This document shows positions 45,348 to 54,760 of a DNA stretch of 64,000 nucleotides, in pieces. The translations under genes and the position numbers were made by a program. Origin of the DNA: Candidatus Bathyarchaeia archaeon (GTDB lineage Archaea; Thermoproteota; Bathyarchaeia; Bathyarchaeales; Bathycorpusculaceae); NCBI GenBank assembly GCA_038817995.1, contig JAWAZC010000003.1, positions 1,664-65,663 on the forward strand, written 5' to 3'. A model generated the notes under the pieces. That model was given only the letters and a program-made list of their open reading frames with translations, had not been told where the DNA came from and made no database searches. Each line of letters begins with the position of its first letter. The first letter of the stretch is position 1.

Positions 45348-46006
45348 GCAGCATCCCTCTTGAAGAGGGTTAACCCGTTTAAGATGGCTGGTTGAAGCCT
45401 ATGTAGCTGAGTTATGAAAGTTGTTGTTATCGCCGCCTCGGCAAGCCCAATTAATGTGTGCCAGAAAAGCATAGCTGGAACTGTTACAGCTATTCCGCCG
45501 GCCTGCGAAAAAATTGGAGATACGCCTATTTCTAAACCGCACGCAAGCGCCCCGAGAACAACAGAAAGCCAAGAAGCCGCGAAAACTCCTATGGCGAAGC
45601 GTTTGCCTCGCATGGAGTTGCCCACAACAAGTTTTACTATGAAGAAGCTTAACCCGCCTATAATAGCCATGTTAAAGATGTTGGCGCCTAGGGCAGATAT
45701 TCCGCCGTCTGCAAAAAACAACGACTGTATTAACAAGACAATTGTCATGCTTAAAACCGCTGCGTATGGACCTAAAACCACGGCGAGAAAAGTGCCGCCA
45801 ACCAGATGCCCACTGGTTCCATAGGTTATCGGAAAGTTGATCATTTGAGCAACAAAGACAAAGGCGCTTGAAACAGCCAACAAAGATGCGAAGGATTTTG
45901 GATAAGCTGCTTTGGCTTTTTTCCAACACACAACGAGGAGGAATATGGATACAACGCTCATTAAGATTGAAACTTCGGGGCTCAGGTAGCCATCAGGTAT
46001 ATGCAT
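45344..46006 (-). CDS. cbiM: ECF-type cobalt/nickel transporter substrate-capture component CbiM/NikM
   Basis: N-terminal MHIPDGYLSP (metal-ligating Met1-His2 motif) and a polytopic membrane protein. Confidence 0.85.
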   Translation of the reverse strand: MHIPDGYLSPEVSILMSVVSIFLLVVCWKKAKAAYPKSFASLLAVSSAFVFVAQMINFPITYGTSGHLVGGTFLAVVLGPYAAVLSMTIVLLIQSLFFADGGISALGANIFNMAIIGGLSFFIVKLVVGNSMRGKRFAIGVFAASWLSVVLGALACGLEIGVSPIFSQAGGIAVTVPAMLFWHTLIGLAEAAITTTFITQLHRLQPAILNGLTLFKRDAA

Positions 46007-46166
46007 TTCGAAGCCTCGTATTACTTTCTAAAATAAAAGTATTACCTTTATAAATCTTCCGCGCAAGCTGCTATGCCTCCCCTCATATAGAAATAACGTG
46101 CAACTTAAAAGGGCTAAAATGCAATTACATCTAGCAAACAACCATCAACTAACGTTGGGAATAGAC

Positions 46167-47561
46167 ATGAGGTTGTTTGGCAGTTCCGGGGTAAGAGGCT
46201 TGGTTGGTGCTGAGCTAACCCCAATATTGGCTGCTGAAGTGGGAATGGCCGTTGGCACCTTCACAAAAGCTGGACAGGTTCTTGTAGCAAGGGACACCAG
46301 AACTTCCGGCTTGATGCTTGAAAACGCCATAGTTTCGGGCTTGCAGGCATGCGGCGCCAAAGTTTTCTGTCTAGGAGTCACGCCTACCCCGGTTTTGGCT
46401 TACCTTACAAGGGCTCTGGGCGCCGATGCTGGGGTTATGATTACAGCTTCACACAATCCACCGGAATACAATGGGATAAAGCTCTTTGACGGAACGGGTA
46501 TGGCTTACGGTGATGAATATCAAGATGAGATAGAGCGTTTGGTTATGCATGAAAACTTTCGTTTGGCAGAATGGCAAAACATTGGAGAAGCCACATCAAT
46601 AAACGAAGAGAGCCTGTACATCAAAATGGTTTTGAAAAGTTTTAGACTTGACAGGAAATGGCACGTTGTAGTTGATCCCGGATGCGGAGCGACAAGTCAA
46701 ATAGCACCAGCTATTTTTAAAGGCTTAGGATGCAAAGTCACAGCCATAAACGCTAATCACGACGGATTCTTCCCAGCGAGAAACCCGGAACCTAACGCGG
46801 ATTCTCTTCAGTGCCTGGCTGAAACCGTGAAAGCTTTAGGCGCCGACATCGGAGTGGCTTATGATGGTGACGGGGACAGAGCCGCTTTCATAGACGAGAA
46901 TGGCGCCTTTGTAGATTTTGATAAGGTTCTAGCGGCGTATGCAGCTTACGCTGTAAAAAGCTTTGGGAGGGGGGTCGTTGTTACGAACGTTGAGGCTTCT
47001 ATGTGTGTTGAGCGGATAGTGGAGCCTTTGGGTGGAAGAGTCGTTAGAACCAGAGTGGGGGATGTTTACGTGGCTGAATCCGTGAAAAAATTTGAGGCTG
47101 TTTTTGGCGGTGAACCATGTGGTGCATGGATACATCCGCGATACCACTATTGTCCAGACGGAATTCTTTCATCAGCGCTCTTGTTAAAAGCCTTGGAGGG
47201 TGAAAGCAAAAAACTTTCAGAGTTTGTCGCCGACGTTCCAGTTTTCCAAGTTTTAAGGAGGAACATTCGCTGTAGAAATGAAGTAAAGCATGCCGTTGTT
47301 AGAAAGGCAGCGGACAGCCTAAAAGCTAGTTTTCCAAATTACAGAGATATTTCCACGGTTGATGGAGTTCGTTTAGCCCTTGAAGATGGGTGGGTTTTGG
47401 TTAGGGCTTCAGGCACCGAGCCTCTTGTGCGCTTAACTGTGGAGGGTGAATCTTTAAAAGTTGCTGAAAAGATAATGGAGAAGGCCGCAAGTGCTGTGAC
47501 GAAAGTTGTGGAGGATTTTGAAAGTGAAGGCCGTTGTTTTGGCTGCAGGCGAAGGGGTTAG
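46167..47561 (+). CDS. glmM: Phosphoglucosamine mutase / phosphohexomutase
   Basis: MRLFGSSGVRG (start at the internal ATG 46167), active-site ITASHNPPEYNGIK, metal loop AYDGDGDR, and RASGTEP. Confidence 0.85.
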   Translation: MRLFGSSGVRGLVGAELTPILAAEVGMAVGTFTKAGQVLVARDTRTSGLMLENAIVSGLQACGAKVFCLGVTPTPVLAYLTRALGADAGVMITASHNPPEYNGIKLFDGTGMAYGDEYQDEIERLVMHENFRLAEWQNIGEATSINEESLYIKMVLKSFRLDRKWHVVVDPGCGATSQIAPAIFKGLGCKVTAINANHDGFFPARNPEPNADSLQCLAETVKALGADIGVAYDGDGDRAAFIDENGAFVDFDKVLAAYAAYAVKSFGRGVVVTNVEASMCVERIVEPLGGRVVRTRVGDVYVAESVKKFEAVFGGEPCGAWIHPRYHYCPDGILSSALLLKALEGESKKLSEFVADVPVFQVLRRNIRCRNEVKHAVVRKAADSLKASFPNYRDISTVDGVRLALEDGWVLVRASGTEPLVRLTVEGESLKVAEKIMEKAASAVTKVVEDFESEGRCFGCRRRG

Positions 47562-48804
47562 ACTTCGACCATTAACTTTTACACGTCCAAAGCACATGAT
47601 CAACATTTGTGGAAAACCAATTCTCGAACATTGCTTAAACACCATTAAGGCTTGCGGAATAAACCACATAATAATCGTTGTTCATTACATGGCTGACATT
47701 ATCCGCCACTATTTTGGTTCGGGCGAAAAATTTGGACTGAAAATAGAGTATGTAGAGCAGCAGAGTGTCCTTGGAACTGGAAACGCTGTGAGTGTTGTTG
47801 AACCATTCGTGAAAGACGATTTCGTGCTTGTTTATGGTGATTTACTTTTCACGTCGGAGGCCCTAAAGAGGGTTATCAGCCTTCACAGTGCAAAGCAAAC
47901 TGTTGCAACGTTGGCTGTTGTTCGGGTGGAAAAGCCGGAGGATTATGGCATTGTGGAGCTTGAAAAAACCGGTTTAGTGAAGCGCATTGTTGAAAAGCCG
48001 GCCCGTAAAGAGGCACCGTCAGATATAGCTAACGCCGGGTTATACGTGTTTTCCACCGAGATTTTCGAGAAAACGAGGAATATTAAGGCTTCTTCAAGAG
48101 GTGAATGGGAAATCACCGACGCCATCCAACTATTAATTGAAGAGGGTAAACCCGTTTTAGCAGCTGAAATTCCCCGCGCCGACTGGTTCGACATTGGCAG
48201 ACCATGGGATTTGCTCGAAGCTAACCGCTGGATGCTGAGCCGAATGGAGCATAGAATACTTGGGCATGTGGAAAATGGTGCCCACATCACTGGCCCGGTT
48301 ACAGTGGCGGAGACCGCGCGCATCCGCGCTGGAGCCTACATCGAGGGGCCGGTCTACATAGGCGAGCACAGCGATATTGGGCCTAACTGTTACATACGGC
48401 CATGCACAAGCATAGGCAGAAAAGTGCGTGTTGGAAACGCTTGTGAAATAAAGAACAGCATAATCATGGACGGGGTGCACATAGGCCACTTGTCCTATGT
48501 AGGCGACAGCATTATTGGTGAAAACTGCAACTTGGGCGCTGGAACGATAACTGCCAATTACCGTCTTGACGCGGGGACTGTCAAAATGGTGGTTAAGGAC
48601 AAGCTTGTGGACAGCGGCAGAACAAAACTTGGCGCAATTTTAGGCGACAACGTGAAAACTGGAATAAACGCCCTCTTCATGCCCGGCGTAAAAGTTGGAA
48701 ACAACTGCTGGATAGGCCCAAACGTCGTGGTTTACCGGGATGTGCCGCCGGATACAGTTCTACTGCTTAAACAGGAACTGGAAGAAAGAAGACTCGCTAG
48801 CTAA
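47524..48804 (+). CDS. Bifunctional sugar-1-phosphate nucleotidylyltransferase / acetyltransferase (archaeal GlmU-like, ST0452-type)
   Basis: (M)KAVVLAAGEGVRLRPLT nucleotidyltransferase motif, and C-terminal left-handed beta-helix hexapeptide repeats. The probable GTG start at 47524 overlaps the glmM 3' end. Confidence 0.85.
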   Translation: MKAVVLAAGEGVRLRPLTFTRPKHMINICGKPILEHCLNTIKACGINHIIIVVHYMADIIRHYFGSGEKFGLKIEYVEQQSVLGTGNAVSVVEPFVKDDFVLVYGDLLFTSEALKRVISLHSAKQTVATLAVVRVEKPEDYGIVELEKTGLVKRIVEKPARKEAPSDIANAGLYVFSTEIFEKTRNIKASSRGEWEITDAIQLLIEEGKPVLAAEIPRADWFDIGRPWDLLEANRWMLSRMEHRILGHVENGAHITGPVTVAETARIRAGAYIEGPVYIGEHSDIGPNCYIRPCTSIGRKVRVGNACEIKNSIIMDGVHIGHLSYVGDSIIGENCNLGAGTITANYRLDAGTVKMVVKDKLVDSGRTKLGAILGDNVKTGINALFMPGVKVGNNCWIGPNVVVYRDVPPDTVLLLKQELEERRLAS

Positions 48805-49852
48805 TTATTATCGATGTTCCGCAGTATTCGCACTGAACTGACGTTTGCCCCTTGTAGATTTCCTTCGTGTAGGGGGCACCACAGTGGGGGCAGCGGACAA
48901 CTCGTATTGTAGGCGCCTCTTTTGGAGTTATGCCCTTTACTGCGGCTATGTCTCTGTCCGCTTCCCCTCCGATAATGTACTGGAAGAATCTGGTTATCAC
49001 GTCAGCTTCCCAGTCCTTAACGTCGAAGGGTGTTTCCTCCATTTGGACCCCGGGTTTAAAGCGTATGTATACGCCTGTCCAAGCGATCAGCCCAACCCTT
49101 CCCTTCGAGATTTCTTTTAGGGCGCCTATGGGCTGTTCGATTAACACTGTGCGTTCTGTCTTCTTTTTGGTGGCTATGAAAAGCTTCTTTTCAAATACCA
49201 CTTCACGCTTACCCTCAAAAATGAACCTTTGATTCGTGAAGTACAATGTGCCTTCGCATTTGTCTTTCGTCATGATTTTTCCTTCAACAGCCAGGACCGG
49301 GCTTTCTTCGGGTTTAAGCGGGAAAGAGGCGAAAGAGAAAAGCTCCATGGTTTTCTCTGCAATTTTTAGGTCTCTGTCTATGGCGTTTATGCTTCCGAGA
49401 AACTCGCCAAGAGAGGCGTTTATCCTCGCGGTTTCAGCCGCAACTCGCGCCCTCAAAGTCGAAGCTTCCGCTGAAAGGCGGCTTGCCAAACCCCAGCAGA
49501 ATGCCGCGCTTCCACGATTTATTTCTATCCTCAAACGGTTCGCGTCAGACTGGAGCACGCGGATCTGGGCAGTTAGGGGCTGGACATTGTTATAGAATGC
49601 TTGTTTAATTGTTGAGGAAGCTTCCATCCACTTCTTTGTTAAAAGCTCTATGCTTTTTTCAAGGTGCCCCATGGCAGCGTATCCACGACCACGAACCGCT
49701 ACAAGCCTGCTGGGCAATGAAGCCATAGCACTGTCTATGTGGGCTAATTTGCTTTCCACATCGCTTATGGCTGCAGAAGCACCGGACAGGTCGGATTCGA
49801 TTGACCGCAGCCTAGCGTATAGGGCTTCTCGTTCTCTGTCAGCGTGAGCCAT
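48797..49852 (-). CDS. Hypothetical protein: N-terminal Ala/Arg/Ser-rich helical region, central PH/GRAM-like segment, C-terminal zinc ribbon
   Basis: 351 aa. EGTLYFTNQRFIFEGKREVV resembles GRAM/bPH strands. The C-terminus CPHCGAPYTKEIYKGQTSVQCEYCG is a CxxC-x16-CxxC ribbon. No family recognised. Confidence 0.5.
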   Translation of the reverse strand: MAHADREREALYARLRSIESDLSGASAAISDVESKLAHIDSAMASLPSRLVAVRGRGYAAMGHLEKSIELLTKKWMEASSTIKQAFYNNVQPLTAQIRVLQSDANRLRIEINRGSAAFCWGLASRLSAEASTLRARVAAETARINASLGEFLGSINAIDRDLKIAEKTMELFSFASFPLKPEESPVLAVEGKIMTKDKCEGTLYFTNQRFIFEGKREVVFEKKLFIATKKKTERTVLIEQPIGALKEISKGRVGLIAWTGVYIRFKPGVQMEETPFDVKDWEADVITRFFQYIIGGEADRDIAAVKGITPKEAPTIRVVRCPHCGAPYTKEIYKGQTSVQCEYCGTSIIIS

Positions 49853-49959
49853 TATCTCGCCACAAAGCTGAATTTTTCGCTTGGCGTAGTTAATAACCCT
49901 TTGTGTAAATTAAATCTAAAATACGGGTGCTGCATACTCTAGCTTAGAGGAGGATAAGT

Positions 49960-50382
49960 TTGTCGGCAGCTCAAAGAAGATTTTACACCGAGGTTTCAGC
50001 CCTCGTAGACAAAAGCGTCATCGTGATAACCACAACAGGCAAAACTTATAACGGGACTTTGATAGGTATAAACCCGGATAACCTAAGCCTCTGCCTAGCT
50101 GAAGCCAAAGACGAGGAGGGTAAAAAGCTCCACAGAGTATTTTTGAACGGATCCATAGTCGCCCAAATACTGAGCGTAGAGAAGCCTTTTGACTTAAAAG
50201 CTTTGGCGGAACGCCTTGAAAGGGTTTTCCCAACCATGGTTAAACTTTACGAGGATAAAGGGTTCATTTGGGTTATGGATAAAATTAAAGTAACCGAAAA
50301 GGGCGTTGTGGAGGGTTCTGGACCCGCTGCAGAAAGGGTGCAAAAGGTTTATGAACAGTTTGTCAGCGAGACCAGAGGCTAA
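49960..50382 (+). CDS. Sm-like (LSm) protein with a C-terminal extension (SmAP3-type)
   Basis: Sm1/Sm2-like VIVITTTGKTYNGTLIGINPDNLSLCLAEA...RVFLNGSIVAQI plus a ~70-aa extra domain. TTG start after GAGGAGG. Confidence 0.6.
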   Translation: MSAAQRRFYTEVSALVDKSVIVITTTGKTYNGTLIGINPDNLSLCLAEAKDEEGKKLHRVFLNGSIVAQILSVEKPFDLKALAERLERVFPTMVKLYEDKGFIWVMDKIKVTEKGVVEGSGPAAERVQKVYEQFVSETRG

Positions 50383-51128
50383 ACAAACCAGCGGAAATCT
50401 TCCCTCTTCTTTTCCTCTCCCTTAACAGTCCTAACCCAGCCGAAGGATTCCAAGATTTTTGCGGTCTTTTCAGCCGCCAAGTCAAGCCTCGACAAGTCAA
50501 CCTTTAGCCCCAAATACTTGTTTAGGGCTACTAAAGCATAGCGGGCAGCATTTGCATCTGGGTACGTGCCTGGAGTCTCAACAAGAAGGGAAAAACCCTT
50601 AAAGCCTCTAAGGGCGCCAAGCCCGATGAGGATGCCAGCTACGCCGAAAATGTTTCCAACCATCACCTTTGCGCCTAAGTTTAACGCCTCTTTCAAGGTT
50701 TCCACGTCTGAAGCGGCACAATAAATCTCCGGAATCTCTTTCGCCTCTTCCTGTTTGAAGCCTCCCACTGTTATGAGGAAGTGGCATCCCAATTCCTCGG
50801 CAATGTCAAGCACACGGCCGCAAAGCTCATACTGCCCAAACGTTGTCAGAGCTTGAGTATTGCCATACCATATGATCAGGTCCCGGCCTGCGCCTCCTCT
50901 TTCGTAATAATACAGCTCGTTTATCGGTGAACGAGGTTCTCCGGCCTCCGTTGTCACGGCCAAGTCTTGAAAGGATGCGGAGAAAATTCTTGCAAAGCGT
51001 TTAGCCTTTAACTCATGAATCAAATGCAAGGCCACTATGTTGGCTACGAAGCCTATTCCCGGAAGACCCTCGATCAGCACTGGATTGTTAAGTTTTGGTT
51101 TTTCCTCAATTTGGATTGAAAGCGGCAT
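50379..51128 (-). CDS. PAC2-family proteasome assembly chaperone (PbaA/PbaB-like)
   Basis: NNPVLIEGLPGIGFVANIVALHLI is the typical PAC2/DUF75 N-terminal motif. 249 aa. Confidence 0.75.
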   Translation of the reverse strand: MPLSIQIEEKPKLNNPVLIEGLPGIGFVANIVALHLIHELKAKRFARIFSASFQDLAVTTEAGEPRSPINELYYYERGGAGRDLIIWYGNTQALTTFGQYELCGRVLDIAEELGCHFLITVGGFKQEEAKEIPEIYCAASDVETLKEALNLGAKVMVGNIFGVAGILIGLGALRGFKGFSLLVETPGTYPDANAARYALVALNKYLGLKVDLSRLDLAAEKTAKILESFGWVRTVKGEEKKREDFRWFV

Positions 51129-51224
51129 ATTGTCCCTCTTGCATTAGAAGAAGTTGTTGAAGTAATTAAGCTTGCAGCTTTACATTTTATAAACCCGTTT
51201 AACTGATTCTGTCTAGACTAAGCG

Positions 51225-52841
51225 ATGAGTTTCGAAGTAAAGGAAAAAGACTTGCTGGCAAGAATTGGGAAATTACGGACAAAAAGCGGTCCAGTGGAAA
51301 CTCCGCTCCTTTTTCCGGTTATTAATCCAACAGTGCAACCGATCCCTCCAAAAAGAATCCACGAAGATTTCGGCTTTGAAGCACTCATAACAAACGCATA
51401 TATATTAAAGAAACGTTTCAAAAATGAAACCATAGAAAAAGGCTTGCACAACTTTCTTGATTTTAAGGGCGTCGTGATGACCGATTCGGGAGCCTACCAA
51501 ATATTGGTTTACGGGGATGTGGAAACAACACCAGAGGAGATAGTCGCCTATCAAGAGCAGATAGGTACAGATATAGCCGTTATACTGGACTGGCCGACGG
51601 GTTGGAAAGCCACGAGGAAGCATGCAGAACAAACAGTTGAAGAAACATTGAAAAGGGCGCATGAACTCTTCCAGATAAAAACTAGGGACGACATTCTGTG
51701 GGTTGGACCTGTTCAGGGCGGACGCTATCTAGACCTCATATTGAAGTCAGCCCGCGAAATGAGCGCTCTTCCATTCCACATTCATGCACTTGGAAGCCCA
51801 ACAGAGGTTATGGAAAATTATCGGTTCGATGTTTTAGTCGACATGATTTTAACTGCCAAAATGAACCTGCCAATTGACAGACCTCTCCACCTCTTCGGAG
51901 CTGGCCACCCATTCATGTTCGCGTTGGCAGTGGCTCTTGGATGTGACATGTTCGACTCCGCGGCCTACGCCATTTACGCCAAAGAAGACCGTTACATGAC
52001 AGAGTCTGGAACCGCTAGGCTTGAAGAGCTTGAATATTTCCCATGCTCGTGTCCAAAATGTTCGAGTAAAACGCCCAAAGATGTTATGGAAATGCCTCGA
52101 AGCGAGAGGCAGGTATTCCTCGCCGAGCACAACCTTTACGCGTGTCTCTCAGAGATCAAGCGGATAAAGCAGGCTATAAAAGAAGGACGCCTATGGGAGC
52201 ATTTGGAGCTTAGAGCGCATGGACATCCGGCGCTTCTGCAAGCCTTGAAAAGGTTGAGGAAGTATGAGACTTTTATCGAAAAACATAGTCCAATAGCCAA
52301 GCCCAGCGGCATATTCTTTTTCAGTCACATTGGCCTGTCACGTCCAGAAGTTGTACGCCATAAGGTCAAGCTTTCAGAACGGTTCACACCTCCGGAGAAG
52401 GCAAAAATCCTCGTTTTAATGCCCCAGACAAAGACAAAGCCTTTTCATAGGTCTCGGCTTTACAAGAGGCTGGTTAAAACGCTTCGTAATGTTTTAAGTG
52501 AAGAAGGGCTAGCAAAAGTTCATGTTTGCTTTTATGAGACGCCTTTCGGAGTTGTCCCAGTAGAGCTCGACGAGGTTTACCCGCTTTCCCAACATGAAAC
52601 AGCCCTTCCGCCGGACCGTGAAACTGTGGATTACGTTGCTGTTCAGGTGGCAAAATATGTGAGCCGCACAAACTGCAAAACAGTGGTATTCCTTAATGAT
52701 GGAGAAACTTGGGGTGAAAAGGTTTTAGAGGCTTGCAGGAAAGCTTGCACAATAAAGGGGATAGCCTTTAAAAGCTTTGATGTTGAAGATGACTGGACAA
52801 CTCTTCTTGCCAACTTTTTGAGGGAAAGTGAACAGTCTTGA
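51225..52841 (+). CDS. tgtA: Archaeosine tRNA-guanine transglycosylase (tRNA-guanine(15) transglycosylase)
   Basis: LLARIGKLRTKSGPVETPLLFPVINP, MTDSGAYQ, GLG.P..., and the zinc site CSCPKC....H. At 538 aa a C-terminal PUA domain may be absent. Confidence 0.85.
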   Translation: MSFEVKEKDLLARIGKLRTKSGPVETPLLFPVINPTVQPIPPKRIHEDFGFEALITNAYILKKRFKNETIEKGLHNFLDFKGVVMTDSGAYQILVYGDVETTPEEIVAYQEQIGTDIAVILDWPTGWKATRKHAEQTVEETLKRAHELFQIKTRDDILWVGPVQGGRYLDLILKSAREMSALPFHIHALGSPTEVMENYRFDVLVDMILTAKMNLPIDRPLHLFGAGHPFMFALAVALGCDMFDSAAYAIYAKEDRYMTESGTARLEELEYFPCSCPKCSSKTPKDVMEMPRSERQVFLAEHNLYACLSEIKRIKQAIKEGRLWEHLELRAHGHPALLQALKRLRKYETFIEKHSPIAKPSGIFFFSHIGLSRPEVVRHKVKLSERFTPPEKAKILVLMPQTKTKPFHRSRLYKRLVKTLRNVLSEEGLAKVHVCFYETPFGVVPVELDEVYPLSQHETALPPDRETVDYVAVQVAKYVSRTNCKTVVFLNDGETWGEKVLEACRKACTIKGIAFKSFDVEDDWTTLLANFLRESEQS

Positions 52842-53443
52842 TCAGGGCGGACCTCCACATTCACACCCTTTTTTCGCCGGATTCCTCCATTCATCCAAAA
52901 ACTTTGGTGGACATGCTTTTAGTCCATCCCTCCATAAAGGCGGTGGCGGTAACAGACCACAACACTGTGAAGGGCTACTTTAAGGTGCAGGAACTGGCCT
53001 CCGCCTATCCAGACTTGCTTATAATACCCGGCATCGAAGTAAGCACGTTGGAAGGCGACGTGATCTTATTAGGCGCCACGGAAGTGCCGCCCCAACCTTG
53101 GACAGTAGAAAACGTTATTGACTTTGCCCGGAGCAGGGGAGGTTTAGTGGTTGCCGCCCACCCATATAGGGCATATGGATTGGGCGACTCTGCAAGAAAA
53201 TACCCAATAGACGCTGTTGAAGTTTTGAATGGCGGTTGCCCTCGTCAGCTTAACATAATGGCAGAAGAGCTTGCCAAAGCAATGGGTGTACCTGGCACGG
53301 GTGGAAGCGACGCCCACAAAGTGAACGAACTTTGGACCGTTTATACCGAAATACAAGCCTCAGCCGACTTAGATGATGTTTTAAAGGCTATTAAACGGGG
53401 GCTTGTCAGGGCATCTTACAGCGAAAAGTCAATACGTTTTTAA
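52838..53443 (+). CDS. PHP domain metal-dependent phosphoesterase
   Basis: ADLHIHTLFSPDS, VTDHNT, AAHPYR and GGSDAH motifs. The TTG start overlaps the tgtA stop (TTGA). Confidence 0.8.
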   Translation: MIRADLHIHTLFSPDSSIHPKTLVDMLLVHPSIKAVAVTDHNTVKGYFKVQELASAYPDLLIIPGIEVSTLEGDVILLGATEVPPQPWTVENVIDFARSRGGLVVAAHPYRAYGLGDSARKYPIDAVEVLNGGCPRQLNIMAEELAKAMGVPGTGGSDAHKVNELWTVYTEIQASADLDDVLKAIKRGLVRASYSEKSIRF

Positions 53444-53472
53444 AACAGCAGTGCAAATGTTTACTGCGTTAA

Positions 53473-54753
53473 ATGGTTGAAACGGAAATGAGCCCACTGC
53501 AGATAAAGTTTCTGGGCGCAACCCACGAAGTTGGAAGGGCGGCAATCGCCGTTAAAACTCCTAAGACGCAGGTTTTATTAGACTACGGTGTAATGTTAAA
53601 TCACGAGCCAGGCTTCCCCATGCATGTTCCACCGAAGGAAGTTGATGCTATAATTTTGGGACACAGCCACCTTGACCACTCCGGCGCAATCCCAATATTT
53701 TTCATCCATGGAAAAAAACCTGTCTATACAAACAAGCTTACAGCAGAGTTAACCCAACTTTTAATTTCAGATTTTATCCACCTTTCCAGCTATTACCTCC
53801 CATATGAATACCTTGAACTGCGAGCGATGATGAGGAACATTAGGCATCTGGATTTTGGCGTCAAAGAAACCATAGGGGATTTAACCTTTGAATTTCGTAA
53901 CGCTGGACACATTCCCGGAAGCGTTCAGGTGCTCATAGAAGCGGAAGGCAGAAGACTTCTATACACAGGCGACTTCAATCTAATAGATACAAGGCTTTTA
54001 GAAGGAGCAAAAATGAACTATGGTGACTTGGACGCAGTCATAATTGAAAGCACATATGCCAACGAAGACCACCCGGACCGAATGGAGCTCGAGAAAAGTT
54101 TTGTGGAAGAAGTAACCGAGGTGGTCGAGAGAGGCGGAACTGTCCTCGTGCCAGCCTTCAGCATTGGAAGAGCCCAAGAAATCGCATGCATCCTTGCCGC
54201 TCACCATTTTGAGCATTCAGTCTACTTTGATGGAATGGCGCGGGAAGCCAGCCGACTCATGATGAACCATATAAAGTTCTTAAGAGACCCTAAACTATTC
54301 ATGGACGCTATTCATTCAGTCAATTGGGTGGAGGGCTGGAGGGACCGCAGAAAAGCGACGAAAACGCCCTGCGTAATAATATCGCCAGCGGGCATGCTCA
54401 AGGGCGGTCCAGCAGCCTTTTACGTTTCTAAAATTGGGAAAAAACCTCAAAACGCCATTTTCTTGGTAAGCTACCAAATTCCGGGAACACCGGGACGGGA
54501 GCTTTTGGAAAAAGGTGTTTGCGTCATTGACGGAAAACTTAAAAAGGTAAAGGCTACGGTTAAACACTTCGACTTCTCATCTCACTGCGGTGCAAGGGAG
54601 CTTAAGGAAGCCATTCGCAAAATTAATGGCAGAGCAAAAATCTATGTGATCCATGGTGCCGAGGGAAACTGCGAACTTTTGGCAAGGTGGGCGGAAAAAG
54701 AAATGGGATTAGAAGCCGTGGCGCCAAGACCCGGAGATACTTTCGAGGTTTAA
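53473..54753 (+). CDS. Beta-CASP metallo-beta-lactamase RNase (aCPSF2-like; no KH domains)
   Basis: MBL motif HSHLDHSG, beta-CASP region (ESTYAN..., PAFSIGRAQE), and a C-terminal HGA motif. 426 aa. Confidence 0.8.
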   Translation: MVETEMSPLQIKFLGATHEVGRAAIAVKTPKTQVLLDYGVMLNHEPGFPMHVPPKEVDAIILGHSHLDHSGAIPIFFIHGKKPVYTNKLTAELTQLLISDFIHLSSYYLPYEYLELRAMMRNIRHLDFGVKETIGDLTFEFRNAGHIPGSVQVLIEAEGRRLLYTGDFNLIDTRLLEGAKMNYGDLDAVIIESTYANEDHPDRMELEKSFVEEVTEVVERGGTVLVPAFSIGRAQEIACILAAHHFEHSVYFDGMAREASRLMMNHIKFLRDPKLFMDAIHSVNWVEGWRDRRKATKTPCVIISPAGMLKGGPAAFYVSKIGKKPQNAIFLVSYQIPGTPGRELLEKGVCVIDGKLKKVKATVKHFDFSSHCGARELKEAIRKINGRAKIYVIHGAEGNCELLARWAEKEMGLEAVAPRPGDTFEV

Positions 54754-54760
54754 CCCAACA

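Noticed and set aside
47506-47561. Overlap of the glmM 3' end with the GlmU-like 5' end, considered as a possible frameshift, fusion or sequencing error
   Set aside because: Both frames give complete, canonical proteins. GlmM retains RASGTEP plus a C-terminal helix, and the GlmU-like protein starts with (M)KAVVLAAGEG at GTG 47524. A simple 38-nt overlap is sufficient, and only the odd basic GlmM tail (GRCFGCRRRG) is unusual.
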